DNA from: Callorhinchus milii
Lineage: Eukaryota
Reading direction: 5' to 3'
Assembly: GCF_018977255.1 (NCBI RefSeq)
Contig: NW_024704742.1
Span: 117,554,001-117,618,000 of the forward strand
DNA length: 64,000 nucleotides
The position numbers were made by a program, and so were the translations under genes. Under the pieces are notes generated by a model that worked only from the letters and a program-made list of their open reading frames with translations, made no database searches and was not told where the DNA came from. Numbering within the stretch: the stretch's first letter is position 1; each line of letters starts with the position of its first letter. This document shows positions 23,313 through 36,653 of this stretch, piece after piece.

Positions 23313-24649
23313 AGAAAAGAGCTTCTCTTGGTGTCCTCATCAACAGCATCCCTAATAAAATTGCGCATTCACTTCATGGCTGTTTTTGCAACATTGCTAT
23401 GTGCAAATTAGCTGTCGCATTTGTCTACAAACCTACAATCCTGTGAAGCATTTTGAAACTTTCAACAATGTGATAAGGCACTGTACCAAAATGCAACTAT
23501 TATTTTTTAAGAGCAGACAATAGTATGGAATGAGGAAAGGAAAAGATGTTTGGCTAATTAAGCGTGTTGTTTGCAAAGGACCAAATCACAAATAATTGAA
23601 AAATTCAGTCACTGAAAATTCAATATTTTGAATGTATTCTCAGTAGACATAGTTTCTGTTAAGTTTCAAAATGCTGGCAAGTATGTAATGTTGTCTGGTC
23701 CTTTAGAGATAGTGTGTAGGCTCCTTGAAGTGGGAGGAGGTATCATTGTTGAAATGTTGGACAAGAGCTGGTTCAAATTCATAGATCACTTCAGCCACGT
23801 GAAGCTGCGTAAAGACTTCCTGCAAATGGGCTGTCTGACGTCGTACGGTCGGGCTGCCTGGCGACTTCACAATGGAGGAGGATCTAAGGGAGAAGTAAAG
23901 TTTAATCAGCAATCACACCAATAACTCAACCTAACAATGAGAATCAGAACCATCCATTCACTGAAGATCATTCTTATCTCAATCAACATTCAGCTTCACT
24001 GTGAACATTTCTTACGTTTGAGCCTGTGCAGATTGTTGCAAATTGATCTTAATATCTATGTTTTAAATTTTCTATAATTTTTTTTCGTATTTTACATTTA
24101 TTTTCTACGCTCCAACTTAGTTTCATTTGAAGCAATGTTTAGGAATAACTATTTTCTACCATTTAAAAAAAAATCATCTATAATAAACTTATTTTTAGAA
24201 AAAGAAACACACACAAGCTGGCATGTGGGAATATGAAGAGCACAGAAAGCCTTTGTCCTTCCAGCTAAACCTTATTTGCAATCTCCTCCCCCCTCCCCTC
24301 CAGCACCCATTACTCACTCCACTTCACTGTAACTCCCGTGAAGCGCTTTGAGATATCTTGACAATGTGATAAAGCACTGTATCAAATGTAAGGATTATTA
24401 TAAATATTATTATTGTTTTTCCAATTATTCCTTAGTAATTTGTGTACTTACACAACACGAGGAAATGAAAAAAATTCTTCAGCACAGAGAATGTGAGAAA
24501 CGCGTTCCTACGTAATATTTTTATAATGGCTAACAGTGCTTTATCTCCCATAACCCTCGATTACATTTTTCACTAAATAATTATCTAAAATATTCATAAT
24601 GTTATAACTCAATTTATTATACCAATATACTCTTGCATCTTTGCTTTAA

Positions 24650-25800
24650 TTCACTCTCTGTTAGAACAAGTTCTATGGGCAGACATTCTGAGGCATGACC
24701 TCTGTCAGGAAGGTCAGATTTTCCCATGTCACGGAGTTAGTTATGATTTGGGACAGTAGAGATTGAAATGTTGACATTTCCCTGACTCGTTGATATCACA
24801 ATGATTGGAAACCTGAATCCTTTCCTGACTCACCAGAAAGTAAATTAAGGAGTATTAGATACAATAACTGTTATAGAATTATCAAAAGCTCAAAATTAAC
24901 TCAGTTCATCTGTTCAATGAGTCTGTCATTGTTCCAATAAAATCCATATTTTTGTCCATATTCCCTTGACTCTTAGGATAATGTCTTATGATAATGTCCT
25001 AAGAGTTCAATGGCAATTTCCTCAGTCAATGTGCTAAGACATTAAAATCAGTGATGAAGGAGACATTCCTGTCTTTTCCATTATAAATTCCAGTGAGGTA
25101 GGCACTGCATGGGCTTGAGTCAACAATGCAATTGAATTAACCTTATATCTCTTCCTATACAAAATCTAGTTTGCACATTGTGCGTAGGTAGAGTTGGTCA
25201 ATTCTACAAATGTCTTTTTATGTCAACAGTGACAGGCAGTAACCATGGTATCCCCCAAATCCTACACACAATAAAAGTATTGCTGAGGTTATCAGCAATA
25301 TTTTGGTTCATAATAGTAGCTGAAAGAACTTGCTCACACTGCACACAATCACCTAAGTTACAATTTTGTCACCATGAATTATAAGAATATAATGGGAAGC
25401 TAGATAGTGCCTGCAGCAAATAAAGTCCAAGGGGCCTTTATCATTTTAGATCAGCACTGTAGCAGCTGAACCATCCTGCGAGACTTAAACTGCAGTACTA
25501 TGTGGAGGTAGAGAGGAAACAGCCTTATCTTTTTTGGTGTTAATAGCCTTCCCTTAGTGCTTCTAACTGCAAACTGGTTAAACTCTGGCTATTCCTGCAA
25601 CAGCTCATACTGTTTCCTAAAATATATTAGTAAAAGAGAGTCATGAAGTTTAAAAANGTTTAAAATTCCTCTAAGAAATTATATCAATTAATCAGAGGCA
25701 ATTTTAACTCATTCATATTCAATGGAAATAACAGACTAAAATGTCAGTGCTTAAAGTCTGCTGGTCTTATCCCTTCATTCTAAAAAGCTTCTCATCTTTG
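24650..25800 (-). mobile_element. Highly decayed LTR-retroelement pol (RNase H end and integrase) remnant
   Basis: Motif-like pieces in the expected order but in different frames: NIADNL, QAHAVPTS (25117-25094), MDFIG (24947-24933), GFRFPIIVISTSQG, YCPKS. By-eye call only. Confidence 0.35.
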
Positions 25801-25824
25801 CAGCTCTTGAAGCTTCTCATCTCA

Positions 25825-27288
25825 TCTGGGACCTTACCCTGCGTGAGGAGCGCTATATAAATGCAAGTTATTGTTGTTAATGTCATATAATGGTTAAAAA
25901 AAAACAGTATTGCCTTTCCTTGTAGACTTTAGGAAAGTGGAAGTAGCACTGTGGAGGCACTGAGTTTTTACCATATTTTCCACACCTTACTTCATATAAA
26001 ACACATTTTCTCTGCTTAAAAAAACTGTTGAGGAGTTTTCCAATTTAGTAATTATTAGTTGTGCATTCTTTATTTAATTATAGTAGTGTATATGAGGGAG
26101 AAGCAAATAGATGGGTATAGGAGAGGGGATTAGGATGAGAGAACGCTATTGTATAAACTAGACTAGTTGGGCCAAATGACCTGTTTCTGTGCTGTAAGAT
26201 TCTGCGTAATTCTATTGCTCCTTTCTTTAAATCCTACTTTAAGACCCACCTTTTCAATCGCACCAATGGTCACCTGCCCATTCTCCTTTGCGTCCAACCC
26301 CACCACTGCCAACACTCTGAGACACTATCTTGGATGTAAATGTGATGTTGTTCAGTGCTGTCATTTTCTAGGACTGGATTGATTAAAAGAAATAATGAAT
26401 GTAAGGAGGTTTTCAAAAGCAATGCACAACCTCAGATTTGGTGAAAAGATTTGACATCTATTTTGAAGCCTGCTTTTAGGAACCATTGTACTCTAAAGAT
26501 TGTTCATCTCATCCATCCAATTTAATCCCCATCGCCTTGTCACTGTCCTGAAAAGATACTTATTAAAGATTTAACTAAGGCAGCGTGCATAGCTTTTGCT
26601 GTGAGTCAAATATTCCCTATTTTGTAGGATCATATCTTCAATCTCTGTCCCTGCTTCAGGCTACTTGAATTGCATGCTCATATCCTGTAGTTTTGTATTC
26701 ATAATCCAAGCTAAATGAATTGTGGTGACTGTGATTCAAATAGGAATTTCCCTTATTTCAAATGGGACCAAATCCAGCCCTAGGCATCAATCACCATTTG
26801 TTATTTTAGCCAGGTGGCCATTATATGCTATTTACTTCACATTGAGTGTCAGAATGTGTCCATACAAACAGCAACAACAACAACATTGCATATATATAGA
26901 GCCTTTCATTAAATTTGAGCCGAATATTATTGTCACCTGCTCCTGTCCCCTTCTCCTCCTCTTTTTCCACTCCCACATGATGTGTGCCCAAGCTGCTGAC
27001 AGAAAGATGATAGTTAGTAGTCGATCCAATCGGGAGTCAAGGAGAAACTTCTTCACACTGAAGGTGATGAGAATGTGGAACTCACTGCTAGAACTGTGGT
27101 TGAAGCAAATAGCATGAGCCAGGCGGGTCCACAGTATTGCATGGCAATGCTGACGACAGCACATCCCGCCTGGCTCATTGGCAGGAAAGGCAGACCAGTT
27201 TGGAACTCTCTTCGTCAATCCCTCAGCCTTGCCCCATTCGTCCTCATTTTCAGATCATACCTGATGCCCTTCCTTTTCTATTCTGATT
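25825..27288 (+). repeat. Local duplication, derived copy (lacks ~117 bp corresponding to 20470-20586)
   Basis: Near-identical to 19098-20675; flanked by a 20-bp imperfect direct repeat. Confidence 0.95.
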
Positions 27289-29212
27289 CTTTGCAGCTCC
27301 TAAAGCTGTAGTATCATATACAGTTGTCAAATACATTCTTCTCTAATTTCCAAAGCAGCATTTGGGTCATTTGGCCCATTTTTTCATGTTGGTATTTGTT
27401 CCTCCAAGAAGTCATCCATCTCAGAACCATAAAAATGGACAGCATAGAAGAAGGTCATCCAACCCATCATGCCTGTTTTAGTTCTTTGAATGAACAATCT
27501 ATTCAGTTCCATTTACCTGCCCTTTTCCCCATACCCAGTAAATTATTCCTTTTTAAATTTTGATCTTGTTTCCCCTTGAAAGCTAATATGGATCCTACTT
27601 TGACTGCCGTAACTAACAGGGCATTTCACGTCTTAAACAACTTGCTGTTAAAAAAAAATCCCCATCATCTCCCCTTTTTGTTCTTTTCCTCACTGACAAA
27701 AATTGATGCCCTCCAATCAACGTCTCATCAACCAGTGAAAATAATTTCTCCCTATCATCTCTATTTAATCCCAATTCCCAGATCTTATCCCATACCCTCT
27801 AACACTCTTTCTCTGCATGTGAAGGAATATTAAGGTTTCACCCTGCCCGGTAATCAAACCTGGGTCCTCTCACTTGCGAGGCGAATGCTCTAACCAACAC
27901 GCTACAGGACTCCACATACACTACAGGATTCAACCTTGAGAAATTTGGAGCCTTAGGTATAGAAAGTGGTAAATCCGCCTGGTACAGTAGGGTAACAACA
28001 ATAATAATAATAATCCTTGCACTTTGATGTAGCACCTTATCGCGTCTTCGAGACATCTCAAAGCACTTCACAGAATATACTGTAAATTTAATTGACTGCA
28101 TATTTTTTAGGCAAAATTTCTCTAATTGGAATAAAGGGGAATTAAAAGTGATGGGTGCAGTATGGGTTCCTATACCTGAAGTGTAGGGGTCCTATTACCT
28201 GAAGACTTTCCTCTTCCTCCCCCCAACTCGGAATCGTCCTCTGTCACTAACAAGCGCTGAGAGACTCTACTCTGCCTGAGGGGCACTATATAACTGCAAG
28301 TTGTTGTTGTTTTTGTTATAAAAATGCTGGGGTCCATAACCTATCTACTTCATCTGCTAGAATGGGTTATGCACAACCTCATGTGCTATTGAATATCATC
28401 TGTGTCATCAAAAACTGAACATCCTTACCACACACTACGCTCATTTGAATAAGTGGGTTATTTTACTACAACAAATAATTTGAGGAAACTAATTTTGTGA
28501 CAACTGTAAAGCAGCCTCTAAGACAAACTAAATATTTTCAGACAGTAGCCAATTAATTCTATTGATAAATTTGGAATCTTATTTCAACTGTTACCGTGAG
28601 TTTGGAAACTGGATCACCAAACTTGAGACACTTGATATATTTTAGTAACGCTACCTCCAGAGTATTCTCCATCTTCTGATACAGACAGCACATAGGATAA
28701 GTCCTACTGGAATGCCTATGTAACCAACTACAATAGCTGTTGAAGCTTAGTCTTCGAGCCATCTGATAAACTGGATCTTTAGATTCACTTCAGTTTTGAT
28801 CTATTATGTCACCTCAGGGATAGTGGTGTCAATCACTGGCCATTTTTCATTCACAAATGTCAGGAAACATAATTATTTCCAATTGCAATTGAGTAGCCCC
28901 TTGGGGCTTCTCAAGAGTGGTTACTCAACCCAAGGCACAATCCAACACTGTCACTAACATAAAACTGTGTGACTCCAAACCCCAAGGACAATATATGAAG
29001 CTCAAACAAAACATATTATCTACACATCTGAAAGTAAACATTGATATATTTGGGTTTATTCCCCTCTGAATGATCTTTGGAAAAATAGATAATCCTAATG
29101 AGTAACCTCTAATCATTTTAGAAGTCATTATCTGTTGGGCAGATATGATGCAACATGAATTCACAACTTTTGCCAGTCATGGCTTGAATTTGGTTCTTTC
29201 TCTAAATAATAA

Positions 29213-29555
29213 TGAGTCCTGTAGTGTATTGGTTAGTGAACTCGCCTCGCTAGCAAATGTTCGGCAAGTTTCCTTACTCCACGTGCCTCTGTTAACCTAG
29301 CAGTAAGTAGGAACCCAGTTGTTAGTCAATTGGTGGATCGCTTTCTGGGAGTAATAATCCCTTAAAAAAAATTGTAAAAATAATAATTTGATCACTCAAT
29401 CCACAACTGTTTGTGGGACACTGCTGTGCACAATTCGCTGCTGCGTTTCACCCACAAAATATACAGTCCATTCACTTTATAGTATATTCCGTGAAGTGCT
29501 TTGAGACGTCTCAACGATGTGATAAGGCGCTATGTCAAATGCAAGGATTATTATA
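29213..29555 (+). mobile_element. tRNA-derived Deu-type SINE, long subfamily
   Basis: Head partly deleted; central block, body and tail present. Confidence 0.85.
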
Positions 29556-29763
29556 CATAATACCCCCAGACAGGTTTTGCTAGTTTAAATACTAAATTTG
29601 CAACCAACAAAAGAAACGAAGAGTATCGAACTGCTGAACTTTACTTCCATTTGATTTTTTAAAGTATAAAACAATCATACACTGCGATATTAGGAACAAG
29701 ATACTGTAGTTGTCAAATGTACATTCTCAATTGTATCCTTTAGATATTATTTAAATTGTACCA

Positions 29764-30178
29764 CTCAGTTAGTAGCATTCTTGCCTCTGAGTTAGAAGGT
29801 TGTAGAATCAAGCCCCACATCAGAACTTTAAACTCATAGTCTACTCTAACACTTTAATGCAGTGCTGATGGTATGCTGCAAGGTTGGAGGTTCCTTTCAT
29901 TGGATGATATGTTAACCTGATGTCCCCAACATCAAAGATCCCATGGCACGTCTCGAAAATAAGGAGTTACTCCTGGTGTCCTTGACAACAATTCCCCAGA
30001 TAAAATGGATCATTCACCTCAAGGCTGTTTGTGGGTCATTACTAAGTGCATATTGGCTGATGTATTTACCTTCAAATTGCACATTCACTACACTTTATAA
30101 TAATATTTTGTGAAGGGCTTTGAGATGTCCTCCTGACTGAAAGATGCTTTATTACATGCAAAGATAATTATTATTATT
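29764..30178 (+). mobile_element. Older DeuSINE (SacSINE1-like)
   Basis: Same head and core as 17538-17995, diverged. Confidence 0.65.
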
Positions 30179-30950
30179 TTAAAGTTTAGGTAATTGATGG
30201 GGTTTGGCTGTGGTTTTAATCCATTCCCTGTCGAATGACAGTGACTGATATCAATGACTGTCTAGACTCTCAGATGAAGAATGACCACTTTAGTGAGGCA
30301 CTGGGGACTGCTAACTAGTGAAACCCTGAACAAGTATGAATCACCACCTGAAGGAGAGAAAAGGAGAATAGGGGATGAAAATGGGGAAAATAATTCAATT
30401 ACCACACTGACTCTTATAATATTAATGGTGTCTCTAAGCCTGTCTATTTCCCACAGAGAGAGAGGAAGGAAGGAAAAAGTAATCCCAGCAAGGGGATTCA
30501 AACACCTGCCACAGACTCTGAAGTAGACCAGCGAATAACATGCACTAATAGTGCTCATGCAGAGTTGCCAAAGAAAACGAGAGACACTATACATCACTTG
30601 TATTAGAATCATTGTGTGTACATTGTTGGTTTTAAAGTATTAAATGGTTCTTGTTTACAAATTGCCCTGCTTAGGCCAAACACACCTTTACAAATAGATT
30701 TTACAATGAAGGAAAATTGCATCCAAGCATAAAAAAAAAGCATTTTGTGACCTTCACAGACCTTCCCTGAATCCAGCAAACTGCTGATCCGACACTGATC
30801 CACACACCTTGCTGGGCGTCTCAGGAGGGGACAGCTCACCACAGGACAGATGTTTTTGTTCCTGTCCTTAATTGATGAATCTATTTTGTTGTGACTGGTT
30901 AGTGCAATGTACGTTTAGTGAAATAGGTGTGTTTGAATTAACCTTTCAGG

Positions 30951-31029
30951 TATAAAGTCTGCAGAAAGGGATTAATACCAGTCCAGGATCTGACGCCGTG
31001 TTTGATTCCACCTTCCTCTCACTCTACAG
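30951..31029 (+). promoter_or_regulatory. S100Z: S100Z TATA box and short non-coding exon 1
   Basis: TATAAA at 30951-30956, then CAG|GTAATT donor at 31029/31030. Fits the usual S100 three-exon layout with an untranslated first exon. Confidence 0.7.
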
Positions 31030-31494
31030 GTAATTGCCTGATTTTTTTTAATCACTTGCCCCTTTCACTGCCTTCTGTTGGTTAACGTAGATATGGATTT
31101 ACACACAGAGGGGCCTGTGCACGGTTTTGCATCTTAATTTCTGGAAGGAATAATACATTCAGTAATGGCTTTTCATTTAACATCCATATTTGTAATCTGG
31201 AGTGTTTTGTAGGTACTACAATACTGGTGTTATTCATACCTTTCCAGGTAATGAATAAGATCATGTTATAACTTTCAGCTGTAGGCTGAATTATGCTGAG
31301 TTATCAGTGAAGATATTATCTGGTGATTGCTGTATCTGGCGCTGTGTATATTTCTCTTCCATCAGTTCATCTAGATTATTATTATTATTAATATTTATTG
31401 ACTTTGCTCTCCAGTTATAAAATGTTTAATTTGATGCAAGATAGAGTGGTCTTCACATGTGTGAATGTGCCTTGCCCCTCAGATCTTTGCCAGG

Positions 31495-31635
31495 ATGCCA
31501 TCTCAGCTGGAGGGTGCCATGGATAGTCTGATCAATGTTTTCCACAATTACTCGGGCAAAGAGGGGGACAAGTACAAACTCAACAAAGGTGAACTCAAAG
31601 ACCTCCTCAACAGTGAGCTCGACCATTTCCTTCAG
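31495..31635 (+). CDS. S100Z: Protein S100-Z, coding exon 1 (pseudo EF-hand)
   Basis: Acceptor cccctcAG|ATC at 31482/31483, ATG at 31495, MPSQLEGAMDSLINVFHNYSGKEGDKYKLNKGELKDLLNSELDHFLQ (47 codons), donor CAG|GTAAG, phase 0. Confidence 0.95.
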
Positions 31636-33748
31636 GTAAGAGCAACAGGCTCGGGGATTGGACGGGGGGAAATTTGCACAATGGAGTTTTTTCTTTGGTT
31701 GTTTTATCCTTTTTTTCAGTTTCTCTTTCTATATATTTTACACGCAGAATGTCACGATGTAAGGTCATCTGTGTTTACTGGGTGTTCCACGCTCCGCTTT
31801 AGAACTGGAACCCAAGACACAGGCTTTTTGTAAGGTCTCCGCAGATGGGCTGCATTGGGTCAGCTTTTCTTGTTTGATCGTGACATGCAGTTCCAAGTCA
31901 AGCATGAGCTCTTCTGTCATCGAGACTCACAAGCACCACTTTGATTCACCTTGCTGTATCTAGCCTGCAGAGAGATTTCCATCTCCTGCCTTGCTTTGAA
32001 ATGAGACTACATCACTGAGGATTCGTTATTGTACTTCTTTACATGTGAGCATAGTTTCCTTTATGCTTTTATGCTTCTACAGCCTCCAGTTTTATGCTAG
32101 AAATTATAGTTTTATTATGTTATACTGTAATGTAGCCTGTTTTTTTTTTAAAATGTTGAGTGGATTTCATTACATCTTTTAAGGCAAAACCATAAGCAAT
32201 AGTAGAATATCAATCCTGGCATTTGATATAGAGCTTGGATACTTCAAAACATCTCAAAACTCTTCACAAGGAATTGCTGCCTGCAAAATACACAGGGGTC
32301 CAAAAAACATAAAACATCAGTGCGTTTAAACACTTTGTCAGCACTTATATGGAACTTCTGACCTCGGCTGCATGGGGTGGTAAGCATCTGGAGCCATTCA
32401 TGGGGCACTCCTGTCTACCAATCCGGCCCTGGTCCTGGCTAAAAGTTCTTTGCCTATTCTTAAAATGTACATGGAACAGGCTTGTTCAGAATTTTGGGCC
32501 TCAGATCTGTTTTCTTACTTACTGGTGTCATTCAATGATATAACTATTAGATGTTCATATTAGTTGTCAAGAAATAGGAGATACTAGGGGAGGAATTCAC
32601 CTGGGAAAAAATGGTTTCATTATTTATATCACATTCCAGAGCGTGCAGAATTTGACAGATCGTTGAATCTAGTCTTATCTTTGAAGCTGGTTTTCTGTAA
32701 GTTCTTTTAAGATGGTGTTTTAGAAATTGCCAAATTCTCTGAAATGTTCTGAAAATGTTAAATGTAGATCCAGATGGAATTTATTGCCCACTGTTTTTAA
32801 TTCATGCTTTCTCTTTAGTTAAGTTTGATTCCAGAGTGTAACATTAGCCTCTGTGTGATATCACACTAATTACCTTTGAAATACCAAGAAAGCCTATAGG
32901 CGTTCAGAATAAATAAGGCGAGTGAAGCATTGATAAATGACTGCAGGCAAGTAGTTTTACAGTACATAAATATTAACTGCGGTTTTCATGCTGTGGTTTT
33001 AGGTGAACTGACAGGGTGTGTCAGTTAAACCAAGGGTGTGTAGGAATAGTGTTGGAGATTATCCATCTAAAACCGCATAGCTTGCCATTGAAAGAACTGT
33101 TTAGCAAGGTTTCTGCTGCTTGTCCAGCTAGGACAACCTTACCCATTTGAACTTGCAGACTAAACAGGAGTGAGTTAGAAGAATCCCTGCTCCTAATGAC
33201 TGGTCTGTCCCTCCAAATCCTGCCAATGATCCTGGCTGGCTAGTCTATCATGAGCAGTGCCCTGGAGTACTGCAGACCCACCAGGTTCAGGGATCAGACT
33301 ACTGAGACTGCAGCAGAGGGTTGACTCTATTCCGATATTCCGTTGCCAAGCATGTCACCTTGGAGCTAATTCAGCTCTTAGCTAGAAAAGTAGCAAGAAG
33401 TTTGCAACAACAATAACAATTTACATTTATAGAGTGCCTTTCATGTTGGTAGGATGCCAGTGCTTGTACTTATAAACTGTTTGGTTTTAGTTGGTTCAAT
33501 TCCAGCGCTACACACTTTAGATATTCTATATATCTTAGCTTGAATCATCCTTTCCTGTGTTGTATGTGCCATAGATCAGAGGTGGTGGTCCACTCTAAGG
33601 GAGGCAGTTTCTGTTCCAATATCAACTAATGTCACTAATTAAGGAATATTGATCACCTACTTCAGTTAGCAGTTGATTATTCTTCAGCAATCACAGAAAC
33701 TGCTTTTGTCCAAAGAAATCTGACGGAAAAAAATCTTGACTTTGATTA

Positions 33749-34076
33749 TGTGGAGTCCTGTAGCTCAGTAGTTAGGGCACTCACTTTGCAAGCGAGAGAC
33801 CTGAGTTCAATCCCAGGCAGGTCAGGGCGAAACCTTGGGCAAGTTTCCTTACTCCACACGCCTAATAATAATCCCTCCAAAACCAAAAACAATAATAAAT
33901 TGGTCATTTTCAATCTATGACTGTTTGTGGGACATTGCTGTGCGCAATTGGCTGCCGCGTTCGCCCACAAATATACAGTCAATTCACTTTACAGTGTGTT
34001 CTGTGAAGCGCTTTGGGATGTCCTCCCGACGTGAAAAGCGCTATATCAAATGCAAGGATTATTATTATTATTATTA
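33749..34076 (+). mobile_element. tRNA-derived Deu-type SINE, short subfamily (S100Z intron)
   Basis: Full-length, high similarity to 21629-21950. Confidence 0.9.
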
Positions 34077-34739
34077 TCTGATATCAATACTAATATGTGC
34101 CCCTCAGCAGGCAAAGTTGACCTCTAATGTGCAATAATGCTCAAATCCAACTATGTACATTTGTCAATACAGTTCATTGCTTTTTCTATTCCCATTGCTC
34201 TTAGCTGTCATTTAGGTCAAGCCACTAAGTAATCAAATGCATCATTGTATGTGTCCCCAATGAGGATTATCTCTGGACAAGAATTCCTGTCTTAACTGCT
34301 ATGTAAATCAGGTAGCAGCTGAAATCCATTTTAGGCCATCAGTGTCTGAATTTGACAGCATTTTGTATTTTGCTGATAGCTGCATTTTTTGTTTGTGAAT
34401 GTTAAGCTAATCGCGATGACGAATACTTGTGCAGGGAAATGCCACACTTCTATTTTGGACACTTTCCATGTATTAAAAAGAGATGTGTTGGGTGGCAGCC
34501 CAGATGATGTTGTGAATAGAGCAACAAATCAGGAGTTTGCTGGTTCAAATCCTGGTTCAAATTTGCTGGTTCAAATCCTGGTTCGTGCAGAGTTTGCCAA
34601 GCCTGCATGAGGAGACTAAATAAGCCTCAGTATTCCAAGGGATAGGGAAGGAAATACTAGCCAGATTGTTGCTCCCGATCCCGCTAAAAAGCATCCTGTA
34701 CTGGTTGTGCACATGTGTGGTGAACAGATGGGGAGAGCA

Positions 34740-35055
34740 TCTTAACAACCTGCCCGCTCCCTCTGCTCAGTGGGCGCCGGCCTGCTTCACGTTGCCGGGT
34801 GGGCCTCTTGCCAGTCTGCATCCACTGGAACTCCATCCCGTAGTCCCTCTGCCTCAACCCCTTCCTTGCCTCCTTCAAGACCCATCTCAAAACTCTCTTC
34901 TTTGACCGTGTTTACAATCACCCTCATTCCCCCACTGCCCTACATCCTCCCCAATCCCAGCCCCCAGCTCGGGTCCGAAACACTGACTATCCAGCGTCTT
35001 GGGACGTCCTCCCGACGTGAAAGGTGCTATACAAATATAATTTTGTTGTTATTGT
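34740..35055 (+). mobile_element. L2 3' end
   Basis: TGGAACTCCATCCC...TTCAAGACCCATCTCAAAAC and hairpin tail. Confidence 0.85.
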
Positions 35056-35226
35056 TTGTCTGTGATGCCTTCTGTGGTTAAGTGTCCTGCCCCGCGTCCT
35101 CATATAACAATGACCATTTGGGCAGGGAACAGGGGCAACCAGCACCAGCACCCCAGCAAGAGAAAGTCAGATCAGAAGTAAACACATTTTCCAGTGATTC
35201 ATTGATCTCTTACTAAGTGTCAATTT

Positions 35227-35605
35227 AATAATAATAATCCTTGCATTTGATATAGCGCCTTATCACGTTTTTGAGATGTTTCAAAGCACTTCACAGAATA
35301 TACGGTAAAGTGAATTAACTGAATATTGTGTGATCGAAACACGGCAGCCAATTGTGCACAGCAGTGTCCCACAAACAGTCGTGAATTGAGTGACCAAATT
35401 ATTATTTTTTTTAAAAAAAATTGAAGCGATTATTAAGCTGCGAAAAGCGATCGGCCAATTGACTAACAACCAGGTTCTTACTTATTGCTAGGTAAACAGA
35501 GGCGTGTGGAATAAGGAAACTTGTCTAATGTTTTGCCCTGCCCGGGAATCAAACCCAGGTTGTCTTGCTTGCGAGGCGAGCACTCTAACCAATACCCTAC
35601 AGGAC
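35227..35605 (-). mobile_element. tRNA-derived Deu-type SINE, long subfamily
   Basis: Full-length reverse-complement copy. Confidence 0.85.
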
Positions 35606-36580
35606 AACAACATTTTGTAGCTCTACAGGACACCAACATTTTGTGGCTAACTCCAGCAATTCTTGGGGATACTGGAGTCCAGATTGGGGTTGCTTTATGT
35701 GGTCTCGGGACCTCTGGAATCTTTCCCATCCACTTGTATCTCATACATTAAACTTCATTGTATTATGCCTGTAATAGGTTAACTTTCCAGCAGATAACTT
35801 TCCTTTTAGAGTTGAAGATCTAGTCAGACAATTGGATTTTCTGAATAACAAAAACTTGCATTTATATAGCTACGCTTACGTAAAATCACTTCTCAAAAGA
35901 TCTTAACACATTAAGCATGAAATAAAGGAAGTTGGAAGTGATCATTGAAGAATCAGTGTTTAGGAGATTTTTGAAAGTTTTTGTGAAAGTCGGGAGAGAG
36001 GTTAGAAAGCAAATCAGTTTTGACTAATTGTTCCAGAGCATAGGAAATAGCAGTTGAAAGCTTAGCTTTTGATGATGGGATGGGGGGAGTGGGCATGAGC
36101 TATAAGTCTAAATTAGAAATATGGAGAGTAGGAATGGAACACCGAGCTTCAGAAGGATATAGGACAGATAGGAAGGACACAGGAAGATCAGTGAGGGATT
36201 TGAAATGAGAAAGAACTTGAAGCCAATCTGTTGCACGACAGAGCTGGTCAACACTGACACGCATGATGTCATGGAATTGCAGGGCTTTGTGCAGAACAGG
36301 ATTTGATCCTTTACGTTCTGAATGAGTTGAAGTATTTTAAGTTGAAGAAATATGGAGGTCAGCAAGAGAAAGAGTGGAGAAATCTAACCCAGAAGTGATC
36401 AAGGTGATCAATCAACCCTTTGCATCAACTTTGTGATTAATTTGAACATTGAATACTTCTGACAGGCAGATACATAGTACTCCTGGGTTATTGTTGATAA
36501 CTGTCCAGCATACCTGGCGAATCAGTAGGACTTGGAGGGGATGATATTGTCAATGGAGCAATTCCCACTTGGCTAGTGTT

Positions 36581-36653
36581 AACCAGGCAGTCTATTGCCC
36601 TGATGGTGATAACCAGGCAGTCTAATGCCCTGATGGTGATAACCAGGCAGTCT
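36581..36653 (+). repeat. 30-bp tandem repeat, ~2.4 copies
   Basis: AACCAGGCAGTCTAWTGCCCTGATGGTGAT twice plus AACCAGGCAGTCT. Confidence 0.95.

Noticed and set aside
28540..29200. Possible RNase H 'SDGS' motif (also coding-like sequence at 45960-46700)
   Set aside because: Isolated short motifs without colinear support.
36581..36653. CRISPR-like array
   Set aside because: Head-to-tail 30-bp units with no unique spacers, vertebrate context and no cas genes.
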